From positions 256,001-320,000 of the forward strand of contig CP051526.1 in the NCBI GenBank assembly GCA_050916045.1: a stretch of 64,000 bases of DNA, in the 5' to 3' direction. Positions within the stretch are counted from its first letter, which is position 1. Each line of letters begins with the position of its first letter. This DNA comes from Tepidisphaera sp. Lineage in GTDB: Bacteria; Planctomycetota; Phycisphaerae; Phycisphaerales; UBA1924. The notes beneath the pieces were generated by a model, which saw nothing but the letters and a program-made list of their open reading frames with translations, searched no databases and was not told where the DNA came from. A program made the position numbers and the translations under genes. Positions 1 through 10,183 of this stretch are shown one piece after another.

Positions 1-205
1 CCTGGGCTCCGAGCTTGACGGCCGACCCGCGGTCGCGGAGGATCGACTTGACGGCGAGGAGGTACGGGAAGGGGGGGAAGACCGCGGTCTCGACCGACGT
101 GGTCGTGCGGAGCGCATCGACCACGCCGCGGGTGAGTTCCGCGGAGGTGGTGCGGTTGGTGTTCATCTTCCAGTTGCCGCCGACGTAAGGCTTGCGGTCC
201 GACAT
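1..205 (-). CDS. tpiA: Triosephosphate isomerase, N-terminal part (runs off window start)
   Basis: Manual translation from ATG 205 gives MSDRKPYVGGNWKMN...AVFPPFPYL...KLGAQ, the TIM N-terminal motifs; GGAG upstream. Confidence 0.95.
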   Translation of the reverse strand, partial: MSDRKPYVGGNWKMNTNRTTSAELTRGVVDALRTTTSVETAVFPPFPYLLAVKSILRDRGSAVKLGAQ

Positions 206-280
206 GCGGTGAGGGCTCCGAAAAAGGTGTCGCGAGAGCGTAGCCCACGCGAGGCCCGGCTTGCGGGTACGCTGGGCGAC

Positions 281-1096
281 GTGCCGAGTCCTCTCGACCT
301 GACGATTCACCGACTTGCGCCGGGGCTTGATCCGGCGGCGTGGGAGCGCGAGCTTGCGGCGATCGATCTGGAGAAGTGCGACATCCTCAAGCGGGACGGG
401 GCTTCGCTGGTGGTCGGAGCCAGGATCGCCGGACGCGAGGTGGTCATCAAATCCGCTCCCCGGCGGGGGATGATCCCGGGGCTTCGGGCGTGGCTGGGGC
501 TTTCGCGGGATGACCGGCAGTGGCGCGGCGCGGTTCTGCTTTTCAAGGCGGGAGTGCCGACCGCCCGGCCGCTGGCGCTGGCGACCCGCGGTTCCGAACG
601 CCATGCGGAAGGGCTACTGGTCCTCGAACGCCTTCGCGGGCCGACCCTGCTGGAGGTGCTCTCGCGCGGCGGGCTTTCCGTCCGCGAGGAGCACGCGCTC
701 GCCCGGGAAGCCGGTCGGATCGCGGGCAGAATCGAACTGGCGGGGCTTACCAATCGCGATGCCAAGCCTTCCAACTGGATCGTGACCTCGACCGATGCGA
801 CGCGGCCCGGGCTCGCCCTGATCGATACGGTGGGCGTGCATCGCGGCCGAGCGCCCGAAGCCATGTTGGCTTCGATGATCATCGAATCGATCGGCTTGGG
901 GTGCCGCCCTCGGCGATCGCTGGCGATGCGGTGCTTGCAAGCGTCCCTTGAGGTCATCCGGCCGGTGGATGCTCCCCCTCGCTGGCGGCATCAGGCGGCG
1001 GTCGGAGCGTGGATCATGATCGAAGGGGTGATCAAGCGTCACGGCGACCCGACCCCGAGGGTGAACCCGCTTCGCGGGCGGGAAACCCGGGCGTAG
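281..1096 (+). CDS. LPS kinase (Kdo/WaaP/InaA)-family kinase-like protein
   Basis: VVIK, GVPTARPLA, LTNRDAKPSNWIV, LALID kinase motifs; GTG 281 chosen because TACGCT lies 7 nt upstream. Confidence 0.7.
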   Translation: MPSPLDLTIHRLAPGLDPAAWERELAAIDLEKCDILKRDGASLVVGARIAGREVVIKSAPRRGMIPGLRAWLGLSRDDRQWRGAVLLFKAGVPTARPLALATRGSERHAEGLLVLERLRGPTLLEVLSRGGLSVREEHALAREAGRIAGRIELAGLTNRDAKPSNWIVTSTDATRPGLALIDTVGVHRGRAPEAMLASMIIESIGLGCRPRRSLAMRCLQASLEVIRPVDAPPRWRHQAAVGAWIMIEGVIKRHGDPTPRVNPLRGRETRA

Positions 1097-1129
1097 CGCC
1101 CTCGTGTGGATTGCGCTATGCTGCCCGAG

Positions 1130-2107
1130 ATGTCCCCGTCCCCCGCCATTCCCAGCCAACGAAAGCGCACCGCCAAGGCGCACGCGGCTTCCCAGACGCC
1201 GTCCAAGGTCAAAGCCAAGTCCGGCAGGCGCGAGATCTCCATCGAAGGCTTCGACGGCGGGCCCGGCGCCAGCGTGCTGATCGGGGACTGCCGCGAGATC
1301 TTCCCGACGATTCCGGAAGCGGCTGCCGGCAAGGTCGATCTCGTCTTCGCCGACCCCCCGTTCAACTGGTCTGCGACCTACGACCGGTGGGAGGACGACC
1401 TTCCGCACAACGAGTACCTCGATTTCACCTACGCCTGGCTCGAAGCCTGCGTGAAAGCTCTTCGGCCCGGCGGTTCGCTCTGGGTCAACATCCCCGACGA
1501 CTGGGCCGCGGAGATCGTGGTCTACCTCAAGAAGTCCGGGATGGAGATGGCCAACTGGTGCATCTGGCATTACCGGTTCGGCCAGAACACGCGCAGCCGG
1601 TTTATCTCGAGCAAGGTCCACGCGCTGTACTTCGTCAAGCCCGGCGGCGAGCGCACGTGGAAGCACCTCGACATCCTCGAACCCTCCGACCGCCTCACAA
1701 CCTACGGGGACAAGCGCACGCTCAGCAAGCGTGACGGCGTGCCCGCCGGGATGCGCGTGCCGATGGACGTCTGGTACGGCAAGTACTGGGGCCGCATCCA
1801 GGGCAACAACAAGGAGCGGCGGTCGCACCATCACAACCAGCTCCCCGAGATCTACCTCGCCCGCGTCATCCGCGCGTGCAGCCAGCCGGGCGACATCGTG
1901 ATCGACCCGTTCCTGGGGAGCGGGACCACCGGCGTCGTCGCCCGTGCGCTCAAGCGCAGGTTCATCGGCATCGAGTTCTCGCCCGAGAACGCCGCCAGCG
2001 CCGCCGACCGCATCAAGAACGGCCCTCACCGCGACCCTGCCGCTCCGTTTGACGCAAGCCCGATCTTCAAGACGCGCCGATCGCTCGAAACGGACCCCGG
2101 GACGTGA
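1130..2107 (+). CDS. Site-specific amino-DNA methyltransferase (N4/N6, beta-class motif order), orphan
   Basis: DLVFADPPFN catalytic motif precedes VIDPFLGSGTTG SAM-binding motif; TATGCT 7 nt before ATG 1130. Confidence 0.9.
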   Translation: MSPSPAIPSQRKRTAKAHAASQTPSKVKAKSGRREISIEGFDGGPGASVLIGDCREIFPTIPEAAAGKVDLVFADPPFNWSATYDRWEDDLPHNEYLDFTYAWLEACVKALRPGGSLWVNIPDDWAAEIVVYLKKSGMEMANWCIWHYRFGQNTRSRFISSKVHALYFVKPGGERTWKHLDILEPSDRLTTYGDKRTLSKRDGVPAGMRVPMDVWYGKYWGRIQGNNKERRSHHHNQLPEIYLARVIRACSQPGDIVIDPFLGSGTTGVVARALKRRFIGIEFSPENAASAADRIKNGPHRDPAAPFDASPIFKTRRSLETDPGT

Positions 2108-2400
2108 GCCCGTTCTCCGTCGGACCCGATGGCGAGGTGCGGATCGCGATCAAGGCCGTCCCCGGCTCGCGAAAGAACCAGATCGCGGGTTTGCTCGGCG
2201 ACCGCCTCAAGGTCAAGGTCGCCGCTCCGCCGGAAGACGGCAAAGCAAATCAGGCCATCTGCGTTCTTCTGGCGAGCGAGCTTGGCGTGCGAGCCAAAGA
2301 CGTCCGCATCGTGACCGGGCACGCAAACCCCGAGAAGATCGTGAGCGTCGCCGGCACAACCCTCGAACGCGTCCGGAACAGCGTGTGTCCGGCTGGGTGA
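2104..2400 (+). CDS. DUF167/YggU family protein
   Basis: LKVKVAAPPEDGKANQA...IVTG motif; GTGA overlap with MTase stop. Confidence 0.9.
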   Translation: MSPFSVGPDGEVRIAIKAVPGSRKNQIAGLLGDRLKVKVAAPPEDGKANQAICVLLASELGVRAKDVRIVTGHANPEKIVSVAGTTLERVRNSVCPAG

Positions 2401-2413
2401 ACAAGCGGTCTCC

Positions 2414-2446
2414 AAAAGAAGAGCGGGGTGGCCCTCCAGCCACCCC
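2414..2446 (-). terminator. Intrinsic terminator (minus strand)
   Basis: GGGGTGGC-ctccca-like loop-GCCACCCC stem (2425-2446) followed on minus strand by GCTCTTCTTTT. Confidence 0.65.
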
Positions 2447-2602
2447 ACCCCGCCCACACCAGCTTCTCTCTCTCGACCGCGGGGCGCTAAGTGAATCGCT
2501 CACGAGCGTCCCCACACGATGTCGGCATTCGGTCCCCTCCCGGGGACGCGAACGCGTCCCTCAAGAGAGACGCGAGAAGCGCGTGCGGATTGCCTTCTCG
2601 CG
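2414..2602 (-). ncRNA. Candidate structured small RNA or long structured 3' UTR
   Basis: Four consecutive hairpins (2425-2446, 2481-2513, 2543-2560, 2571-2602) and a GA-repeat linker between convergent genes. Confidence 0.3.
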
Positions 2603-2670
2603 CGGATTTTCTGCGGGAAAATAGCTTGGAAATCGATGGAACCGGTTCAGCGTCGCCTGCGTAGGTCGGG

Positions 2671-3303
2671 CTACCGGACGCAGCGCATCGTGAAAGCCGG
2701 GGGCGTGTTTCCCCAGACCGTGCGTCCGCGCGTGATCGACGAGAAGTATGTCGGCAGGAGCTTCTGAAGCCGCTGTCCCGCGGGCAGGAACAGGCCCGTG
2801 TGGTACGCGAAGGTGATGAGCTGGCCGCCGGGCCTCAGCACCTTCATCGTCGCGTCGAGGATGCGCACCTGCAGGTCGCGCGGGAATGCGGCCCAGGGGA
2901 GGCCGCTGACGATGGCGTCGAGTTGATCCACGCTTTCGGCCCGGCAGAACGTTTCGATGTCCTCGACGCTTCCTTCGTGCAGATGGAGCGCGGGGAACCG
3001 CGAGCGGAGTTGGGCGGCGAGCGCGGCGTTGCGTTCAACAGCGAAGAACTTGGCTTGTGGGTGGATCCGCGACAGAATCTCGCTGGTGAACGAGCCCGTG
3101 CCGGGTCCATACTCGGCGATTCGGGCGGTTGGGCCCAGGTCGATCGTGGCGAGCATCTCCTTCGCCAGCGCGGCGGAGCTCGGAGCGACGGCGCCGACCA
3201 TGCCGGGCTTGGTGAGGAACTGCCAGAAGAACCGCGCGTGCGCGGCGAGGCCGTGCTTGGCCGCGGCGGGCGGAGTGCCGTGGGAGGGAGAGCTCTGGTT
3301 CAG
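2671..3303 (-). CDS. Phospholipid N-methyltransferase (PmtA-like class I SAM methyltransferase)
   Basis: FFWQFLTKPGMVGAVAPSS, EYGPGTG, DAIVSGLPW, GNTPPA; conserved N-terminus extends past ATG 3201, so CTG 3303 proposed as start. Confidence 0.8.
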   Translation of the reverse strand: MNQSSPSHGTPPAAAKHGLAAHARFFWQFLTKPGMVGAVAPSSAALAKEMLATIDLGPTARIAEYGPGTGSFTSEILSRIHPQAKFFAVERNAALAAQLRSRFPALHLHEGSVEDIETFCRAESVDQLDAIVSGLPWAAFPRDLQVRILDATMKVLRPGGQLITFAYHTGLFLPAGQRLQKLLPTYFSSITRGRTVWGNTPPAFTMRCVR

Positions 3304-3336
3304 GCGTGTGCTCCGCTTGGGTTCAGGCGCGGGGGA

Positions 3337-4389
3337 TCACTTCGCGGCGGGCTTGGCCGCATCGGCGGCGGGCGCCGCGACCTTGATCGCCGGTTCCTTG
3401 AGCTTCGCCGCGACCACCCGCGGCCCGGCGGTCACGAAGACGGTCTTGCCGTCCGTGCCGCCGAAGCACAGGTTGGAAGCCATCGGGACGAGGATCCGCC
3501 CGATTCGCTTGCCTTCGGGGCTGAGGACCCAGATCCCGCCCGCGCCGGTCGTCCAGACGTTGCCCTTGGCGTCCACCTTGACGCCGTCCGGCGTGCTCCG
3601 GCCCTTGATCTCCGGGTCCGTGATATTGGCGAAGACGCGCGCGTTCGAGAGGTCACCCTCGGCGGTCACGTCGTAGGCCATGACTTTGGCATCGCGGTAG
3701 AGCGCGACGTAGAGGACCTTCTCGTCGCCGGAGAATGCCAGGCCGTTGGGGGCGACGACGTCTTTGGTGAGGAGCTTGACCGTGCCGTCGGTGGCGATGC
3801 GGTAGACGCCGGCGTGGTCGGCGTGATCGTCCTTGCCGACGCCGAAGTCGGTGAAGTAGATCGATCCGTCAGACTTGACGACGATGTCGTTGGGCGTGTT
3901 GACCTTCTTGCCGTTCACCTCGGTGGCGAGGACGGTTTCGGCGCCGGCTTTGTCGCGGCGGACGACCGTACCGTCGAATTGGGCGAAGACCAAGCGGCCC
4001 TCGGCGTCGAGAGCGGCTCCGGCGGCGTTGCCGGAGGGCTTGCGGAGGGTGTCGACGCCCTCGCCGGGCTTGCGTTCGGCCCGCCCGTCGGCGGGGTTGA
4101 GGGTGTAGACGGCATTGCCCTGCAGGTCGCAGATCAGGAGGGTGCCGTCGGCTTGCCAGACTGGGCCCTCGGCGAAGCGGAGGCCGGTCGCGACGATCGT
4201 GCCTTCCTTGCTTTCGAAGAGGTCACCTTCGGTGGTGACGCTGACGGGCCTGTCGGAGGGAGCGGCTCTTTGCGCGGGCTTGGTTTCTGGGGTGGTCGAG
4301 GCGGGCGGGGTCTTGGGAGCTTCGGCGGGAGGCTGCGTCGCCGGCTGAAGTGCGAGAAGGGTGGCGGCCAGTGCGACAGGAATGATCAT
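3337..4389 (-). CDS. SMP-30/gluconolactonase family protein, secreted
   Basis: Signal peptide; FAEGPVW, PNDIVV, IYFTD, PNGLAFS, PDGVKVDAKGNVW. Confidence 0.9.
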   Translation of the reverse strand: MIIPVALAATLLALQPATQPPAEAPKTPPASTTPETKPAQRAAPSDRPVSVTTEGDLFESKEGTIVATGLRFAEGPVWQADGTLLICDLQGNAVYTLNPADGRAERKPGEGVDTLRKPSGNAAGAALDAEGRLVFAQFDGTVVRRDKAGAETVLATEVNGKKVNTPNDIVVKSDGSIYFTDFGVGKDDHADHAGVYRIATDGTVKLLTKDVVAPNGLAFSGDEKVLYVALYRDAKVMAYDVTAEGDLSNARVFANITDPEIKGRSTPDGVKVDAKGNVWTTGAGGIWVLSPEGKRIGRILVPMASNLCFGGTDGKTVFVTAGPRVVAAKLKEPAIKVAAPAADAAKPAAK

Positions 4390-4533
4390 GGGCCAAGCGT
4401 AGAGGGGGTTGGGCGCGCGGACACGGGGGGAGTCTCGCGAGCAGCCGCGCGGCGGTCGCGGGGCATCTATGATGCCCTTGCAGAGGGTTCGGGGGTCGTT
4501 CGCACCGATGGTGTCAAACTGGAGGTCTTTTCG

Positions 4534-5175
4534 ATGTCGAGCAATCAGGCCGGTTCTTCGCGTGTCTCTTCCTGGCGTTCCCCCTTCGCCGCTCTTTCCG
4601 CGGCGGCGATCGCCCTGGCGGCCATCAGCGTCGTGAACGCGAATTCCAAGCCTGCGGTCGTGATGGCCGCACCGACCACCGTCGGCGTCGTCGATCTGCA
4701 GGTGCTGGTCGAGGGCCTCAACGAGGTGAAAGCTCAGAACGACGCGCTTCAGAAGCGCGCCAAAGAGCTTCAGGACATGATCAACACCGTCAAGGCGCAG
4801 TTCGAAGCCGCGAAGACCGCGTTCGAAGCCGCGCCGGCTTCGGACCCCAAGAAGTTCGAACTCGGCGTGAAGGCCCAGTCGGCGGCGCTCTCGCTGAAGG
4901 GCCACCAGGAAGGCCTGCAGGCCGCGCTTTCGCTCGAGAAGGGCCGGTACTGGAAGATCCTGTACCCGCGCATCATGTCGTCGATCGAGACGCTCGCCGC
5001 GCAGCAGGGCCTGGACCTGATCATGCTCGATGACCGCAAGCTGACGCTCCCGCTCGAGAAGGACCTGACGGACGAGCAGATCACCGGGTTCATCCAGAGC
5101 AAGAAGATCATGTACGCCAAGCAGACGGTGGACGTGACGCCGGCGCTCGTCAACCTCATGAACAACACCAAGTAA
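4534..5175 (+). CDS. skp: OmpH/Skp periplasmic chaperone
   Basis: Hydrophobic leader, VGVVDLQ, helical body, GLDLIML, DVTPALV; GGAGG SD; directly upstream of lpxD. Confidence 0.8.
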   Translation: MSSNQAGSSRVSSWRSPFAALSAAAIALAAISVVNANSKPAVVMAAPTTVGVVDLQVLVEGLNEVKAQNDALQKRAKELQDMINTVKAQFEAAKTAFEAAPASDPKKFELGVKAQSAALSLKGHQEGLQAALSLEKGRYWKILYPRIMSSIETLAAQQGLDLIMLDDRKLTLPLEKDLTDEQITGFIQSKKIMYAKQTVDVTPALVNLMNNTK

Positions 5176-5207
5176 TGAGGAAGTGATCGGCACGCCCGGA
5201 AGCACCG

Positions 5208-7208
5208 ATGACCAGCGCCGCCATGCCAACCTCGACCGACGCCGCGACCCCGCCGCTGACCAGCGGCGGGGTCGCGGAGCTTCTCCGCGCGACGATGCGC
5301 GGCCCGACCGATCTTGCCATCACGGGGATCGAAACCGTCGAGCGTGCAGGGCCGACGCAGCTCACGTTCATCCGCTCGGCGCAGTACGCGCACAAGTGGG
5401 GCGCGAGCAACGCCCGCGTCGCCATCGTCGCCGAGGGCGTCGAGATCGCGGCGCATGACCCCGCGACCAGGGCGCTGATCTGGGTGAAGAACGCCGACCT
5501 CGCGCTCAACACTGTTCTTTCGCTCCTTGCCCCCAAAGCCACGCCTCGGCCGCAGGGCGTGCACCCCTCGTCCATCGTCGACCCCGCCGCCGTCATCTCG
5601 CCCACCGCCAGCATCGGGCCCAGGTGCGTGATCGAAGCCGGCGCGGTGATCGAGGACAACGTGGTGCTTGTGGCTCAGGTCTTCATCGGGGCCGGCGCCC
5701 GCGTCGGAGCCGGGTCCACGCTCCATCCGCAGGTCGTGCTTTACGAGCGCTGCCGGATCGGCCGCCACTGCCTGGTTCACTCTGGAGCGGTGATCGGCGC
5801 GGACGGGTTCGGGTTCATCGCCGACCCCTCCGGACGCGGGCTTCTCAAGGTCCCGCACATCGGCGACGTCGTGATCGGAGACGCGGTCGAGATCGGAGCC
5901 AACTCGTGCATCGACCGTGCGAAGTTCGGCACCACGAGCGTCGGGGCCGGCACCAAGATCGACAACCTCGTGCAGGTCGGTCACAACGTGCAGATCGGAC
6001 GCAGCGCCATCCTCTGCGGTCAGGTCGGGATCGGCGGGTCGACGACGGTTGGTGACGGCACCATGCTCGGCGGGCAGGTTGGCGTCTCGGACCACCTCAC
6101 CGTCGGTCCGATGGTTCGGGTCGGCGCCGGCTCGGGCGTGATCGACGACATTCCGCCCAAAGCCACGTACATGGGGTACCCCGCGATCCCCTCGCGCGAC
6201 CAGCTCAGGCACTGGGCTTCGGTCCGCATGGGCGCACAGAAGTCCCGCAAGCAAGCGGCCGCTCAGGCCCGCGTGCCCGCCGCGACCGAGCGGCCGGGGG
6301 TCGCCCGCAAGACGCTTCGATCCGTCGCGCAACTGACCGGCGTGGGCTTGTTCACCGGCAAGCCGATGACGCTTCGGATCAATCCGTGCGAGGCGGGCGA
6401 AGTCCGAGTTCGATTCGGAACGGAAAGCTGGCCGATCGGCGTCGCCGCGCTCGCCAGCGAATCGAGCTCGCTCCCCTTCCCGACGGGCGTTCGGGCCCGC
6501 AACACGACCCTTGCGTTCACCCTCGCGGCTGGCCAGCCGTCTCAGGGGCGGTACGTCGCGGCGACCGTCGAGCACGTCCTCTCGGCGCTTTCGGCGATGG
6601 GCATCACCGACGCCGAGCTTGAATGGACCGGCCCAGATCCCAAAGCGACGTTCGTCGAGGTCCCGATGTTCGACGGATCGGCCGCTTCGATCGTGAACGC
6701 CATCCTCGCCGCCGGCGTCCGCACGCTCGATCAGCGGCAGGCCCCGATCATCCTGTCTGAGACGATCCGCATCGAGGGCGAGGGCGGGAGCAGCATCGTC
6801 GCCACGCCACGGGCTCGCCCCGGCCGTTCCTACACGTACGTGATCGACTACGGGACGACGATCCCGCGCGGGTCCTTCGCGTGGGACGGCGAGCCGGACC
6901 GGTACATCAAGGACATCGCGCCCGCCCGGACGTTCTGTCTTGCTTCCGAAGCCGCGGCGCTCCGCGAACGCGGCATGTTCGCGCACCTGACCACGCGCGA
7001 GATGCTGGTTCTTGACGACCGGACGGGCCTGCCGATCGAGAACGGGCTCCAGTTTCCGGATGAGCCCGCGCGACACAAGCTTCTCGACCTCGTCGGCGAT
7101 GTGGCTCTCCTGCCCGCACAGGTGCAGGCCGACATCGTCGCGACCAAGTCTGGTCACGCGATGACGCACGAACTCTGCCGCAGGATTCTCGCGAACGCCG
7201 CGCGGTAA
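5208..7208 (+). CDS. lpxD-lpxC: Fused LpxD (hexapeptide N-acyltransferase) - LpxC (deacetylase)
   Basis: N-half: hexapeptide repeats, [28 protein letters not shown]-half: [54 protein letters not shown]. Confidence 0.9.
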   Translation: MTSAAMPTSTDAATPPLTSGGVAELLRATMRGPTDLAITGIETVERAGPTQLTFIRSAQYAHKWGASNARVAIVAEGVEIAAHDPATRALIWVKNADLALNTVLSLLAPKATPRPQGVHPSSIVDPAAVISPTASIGPRCVIEAGAVIEDNVVLVAQVFIGAGARVGAGSTLHPQVVLYERCRIGRHCLVHSGAVIGADGFGFIADPSGRGLLKVPHIGDVVIGDAVEIGANSCIDRAKFGTTSVGAGTKIDNLVQVGHNVQIGRSAILCGQVGIGGSTTVGDGTMLGGQVGVSDHLTVGPMVRVGAGSGVIDDIPPKATYMGYPAIPSRDQLRHWASVRMGAQKSRKQAAAQARVPAATERPGVARKTLRSVAQLTGVGLFTGKPMTLRINPCEAGEVRVRFGTESWPIGVAALASESSSLPFPTGVRARNTTLAFTLAAGQPSQGRYVAATVEHVLSALSAMGITDAELEWTGPDPKATFVEVPMFDGSAASIVNAILAAGVRTLDQRQAPIILSETIRIEGEGGSSIVATPRARPGRSYTYVIDYGTTIPRGSFAWDGEPDRYIKDIAPARTFCLASEAAALRERGMFAHLTTREMLVLDDRTGLPIENGLQFPDEPARHKLLDLVGDVALLPAQVQADIVATKSGHAMTHELCRRILANAAR

Positions 7209-7244
7209 ACGGGTGGGGCCCTCCGTGTCGGCCTAGGTTTGTGC

Positions 7245-8270
7245 ATGGCCACCGTCTTTCTCAACGGAGCGTTCGTCGATGCCGGCGAAGCCAAGGTCTC
7301 GGCTTTCGACGCCGGGTTTCAGCATGGCGTGGGCCTCTTTGAAACGATGACCGCCGTCGCCGGCCGGTCCGGCGTCAAGCCCCGAATCCTGGGCCTCTGG
7401 GAGCACCTGGAGCGACTGCGCAGGTCCGCCCTCGAACTCAATCTCGTCTCGACGCTCCACACGCCCGCGCTCGCCGAAGCCGTCGAGCGGGCGGCCGCGA
7501 AGGAAGCCCAGGCTTCGCCCGACACCGAGCGGTTCCGCGTGCGGCTCACGATCACCGGCGGCGGCCTCAACATGCTCGCCAAGGGCGCGATGTCCGCCGA
7601 GCACGCGCCGACCCTGATGATCCACGCCCAGCCGGCGGCTTCGTACCCCGAAGAGATGTTCGAACGCGGCGTGCGGGCGGTGGTCGCGGGCCTCAGGGTC
7701 AACCCGCTGGACCCCACCCAGGGGCACAAGACGCTGAACTACTGGGCGAGGCTCCGCGAGCTTCAGATCGCGGGAGCGGTGGGCGCGAGCGAAGCCCTCG
7801 TCTTCCAGGTGACCAACCACCTCGCGGGCGGGTGCGTGAGCAACGCTTTCCTGGTTTCGGGCGGCGAACTGATCACGCCCATCGCCCGCGGCGAGGAAGC
7901 CGAGGTCGCTTCCGGCGGCACCACCGCCGCCGAGCGCGACCCCTCCAACCCCGACCCGCCCCCCGACCCGCAGGGCAAGCGGCAGGTCGGTTCGGGCGCG
8001 GTCCCCTCCCCGGTCCTCCCGGGGATCACCCGCCGCTGGGTGATGGACTGGGCCGACGGGGCCGACATCCCCGTCCGCCGCAGGATGGTCACGATCAGCG
8101 ACATCCTCGCGGCGGATGAGGTCTTTCTGACCAACTCGTCGTGGGGGGTGCTGCCGGTGGTGGCTTTGGAGCAGTCGCCGATCGGCAAGGGTGAGCCGGG
8201 GCCGATGGCGACGAGGCTGATGACGGCGTACCGGGCGGTGGCGGCTTCGGAAGCCCCGGAAGACCTCTGA
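7245..8270 (+). CDS. Class IV PLP aminotransferase (IlvE/PabC-like)
   Basis: [41 protein letters not shown]. Confidence 0.9.
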   Translation: MATVFLNGAFVDAGEAKVSAFDAGFQHGVGLFETMTAVAGRSGVKPRILGLWEHLERLRRSALELNLVSTLHTPALAEAVERAAAKEAQASPDTERFRVRLTITGGGLNMLAKGAMSAEHAPTLMIHAQPAASYPEEMFERGVRAVVAGLRVNPLDPTQGHKTLNYWARLRELQIAGAVGASEALVFQVTNHLAGGCVSNAFLVSGGELITPIARGEEAEVASGGTTAAERDPSNPDPPPDPQGKRQVGSGAVPSPVLPGITRRWVMDWADGADIPVRRRMVTISDILAADEVFLTNSSWGVLPVVALEQSPIGKGEPGPMATRLMTAYRAVAASEAPEDL

Positions 8271-8445
8271 TCCGCGGCGGGCACCGATCAGAATCCGTAA
8301 ATCGGGAGGGGTTTTCGCGGGCGGTGGCTCCAAAAAGAGACACGGAGACCTTGCGGACCTACCCTACGGACCCATTCCGGAACGAGATGCCATCGCGGTG
8401 GGTCGCGGCGGCGGCGTTCCGAAAGCTTCGAGCAAGGAACCCCCC

Positions 8446-10002
8446 GTGAAGATCAAGACCGACGAGATCGCGAGCGTTATCCGTCAGGAAATCGAGCAGT
8501 ACTCCCAGGAACTCGAGGTTTCCGAGGTCGGTCGCGTGGTCGAGGTCGGTGACGGCATCGCCCGCGTCTACGGCCTGTCCAAGGCCATGGCCGGCGAGCT
8601 GCTTGAGTTCCAGACCGGCGACGGCGCGGTCATGGGCCAGGTCTTCAACCTCGAACTCGACACGGTCGGCGCGGTCATTTACGGTGACTACCTCTCCGTG
8701 AAAGAGGGCGATATGGTCAAGTCGACCGGCCGCCTGCTTGAGGTGCCCGTCGGCGAAGCGCTGCTCGGCCGCGTGGTCGACCCCCTGGGCCGCCCGCTTG
8801 ACGACGCGGGCCCGATCAACGCCACCGAGTTCCGCAAGGTTGACATCATCGCGCCCGGCATCGCCGAGCGCCAGCCCGTGACCGAGCCCATGCAGACGGG
8901 CATCAAAGCCATCGACGCGATGATCCCCATCGGCCGCGGCCAGCGTGAGCTGATCATCGGCGACCGCAAGACCGGCAAGACCGCCGTCGCCATCGACACG
9001 ATCATCAACCAGAAGCACTACTGGGGCACCAAGGACGCGGTCGTCTGCATCTACGTCGCCGTCGGCCAGAAGGAATCGACCGTCGCGGGCGTCGTGGACA
9101 CCCTCCGCAAGAACGGTGCGATGGAGTACACGATCGTCGTCAACGCGGCGAGCTCCGACCCCGCCCCGATGCAGTACATCGCTCCCTACTCCGGCACCGC
9201 CATGGCCGAGTACTTCATGTGGAACGGCATGAAGGGCAAACTCCCCAAGCACGCCCTGTGCATCTACGACGACTTGTCCAAGCAGGCCGTGGCTTACCGC
9301 CAGCTCTCGCTGCTCCTCCGCCGCCCGCCGGGCCGCGAAGCCTACCCGGGCGACGTCTTCTATCTCCACTCCCGCTTGCTCGAGCGCGCGACCAAGCTCT
9401 CGGATGAGAACGGCGCCGGCTCGATCACTTCGCTCCCCATCATCGAGACGCAGGAAGGCGACGTGTCGGCGTACATCCCGACCAACGTGATCTCGATCAC
9501 CGACGGCCAGATCTACCTCGAGCCGGAACTCTTCCACTCGGGCATCCGCCCCGCGGTCAACGTCGGCATCTCGGTCAGCCGAGTCGGCGGCAACGCCCAG
9601 GTCAAGGGCATGAAGAAGATCTCGGGCTCGCTGCGTCTGGACCTCGCGTCCGCCCGCGAGCTGGAAGCCTTCGCCCAGCTCGGCACCGAGCTCGACAAGG
9701 CGACGCAGCGCCAGCTCGACCGCGGCCGCCGGTTCGTCGAGCTTCTCAAGCAGGGCCAGTACACGCCCTTCCTCGTGACCGACCAGATCATCTCGATCTT
9801 CGCCGGCGCCAAGGGCTTCCTGGACGACATCCCCGTTGTGAACGTCCGCGCCTTCGAGAACGGCCTGCTCGAGTACTTCCGCACGGTGGGCAAAGCCACC
9901 CGCGACGAGCTCGACCTCAAGAAAGCCCTGGACAACGAGCTCGAGAAGAAGCTCGAAGCCGGTATCAAGGAGTTCAAGGCCGGCTTCGTGGTCAAGAAGT
10001 AA
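8446..10002 (+). CDS. atpA: F0F1 ATP synthase subunit alpha
   Basis: [56 protein letters not shown] before GTG. Confidence 0.98.
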   Translation: MKIKTDEIASVIRQEIEQYSQELEVSEVGRVVEVGDGIARVYGLSKAMAGELLEFQTGDGAVMGQVFNLELDTVGAVIYGDYLSVKEGDMVKSTGRLLEVPVGEALLGRVVDPLGRPLDDAGPINATEFRKVDIIAPGIAERQPVTEPMQTGIKAIDAMIPIGRGQRELIIGDRKTGKTAVAIDTIINQKHYWGTKDAVVCIYVAVGQKESTVAGVVDTLRKNGAMEYTIVVNAASSDPAPMQYIAPYSGTAMAEYFMWNGMKGKLPKHALCIYDDLSKQAVAYRQLSLLLRRPPGREAYPGDVFYLHSRLLERATKLSDENGAGSITSLPIIETQEGDVSAYIPTNVISITDGQIYLEPELFHSGIRPAVNVGISVSRVGGNAQVKGMKKISGSLRLDLASARELEAFAQLGTELDKATQRQLDRGRRFVELLKQGQYTPFLVTDQIISIFAGAKGFLDDIPVVNVRAFENGLLEYFRTVGKATRDELDLKKALDNELEKKLEAGIKEFKAGFVVKK

Positions 10003-10043
10003 CCCCCACCCCCGTCCCCCCCAAACCGAAGACACTCAGTCAC

Positions 10044-10071
10044 AAGCCCCCCGCGCCAGCGGGGGTTTTTT
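10044..10071 (+). terminator. Intrinsic terminator after atpA
   Basis: CCCCCGC-gcca-GCGGGGG stem followed by T6. Confidence 0.85.
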
Positions 10072-10183
10072 CCTTGGGTGCGGGTGGTGTTGGGGGGCAT
10101 CGAAGCTGCTTCGACTTCGATGGATGGACGTCCAACCAAGCCCATCGAAGCACCCGGCGCGACGTCGTTGATGCCGCGCGATT

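Noticed and set aside
3303..3339. Selenocysteine or read-through fusion of gluconolactonase and methyltransferase at an in-frame TGA
   Set aside because: No SECIS-like hairpin was seen, and a secreted enzyme fused to a SAM-dependent cytoplasmic enzyme is implausible
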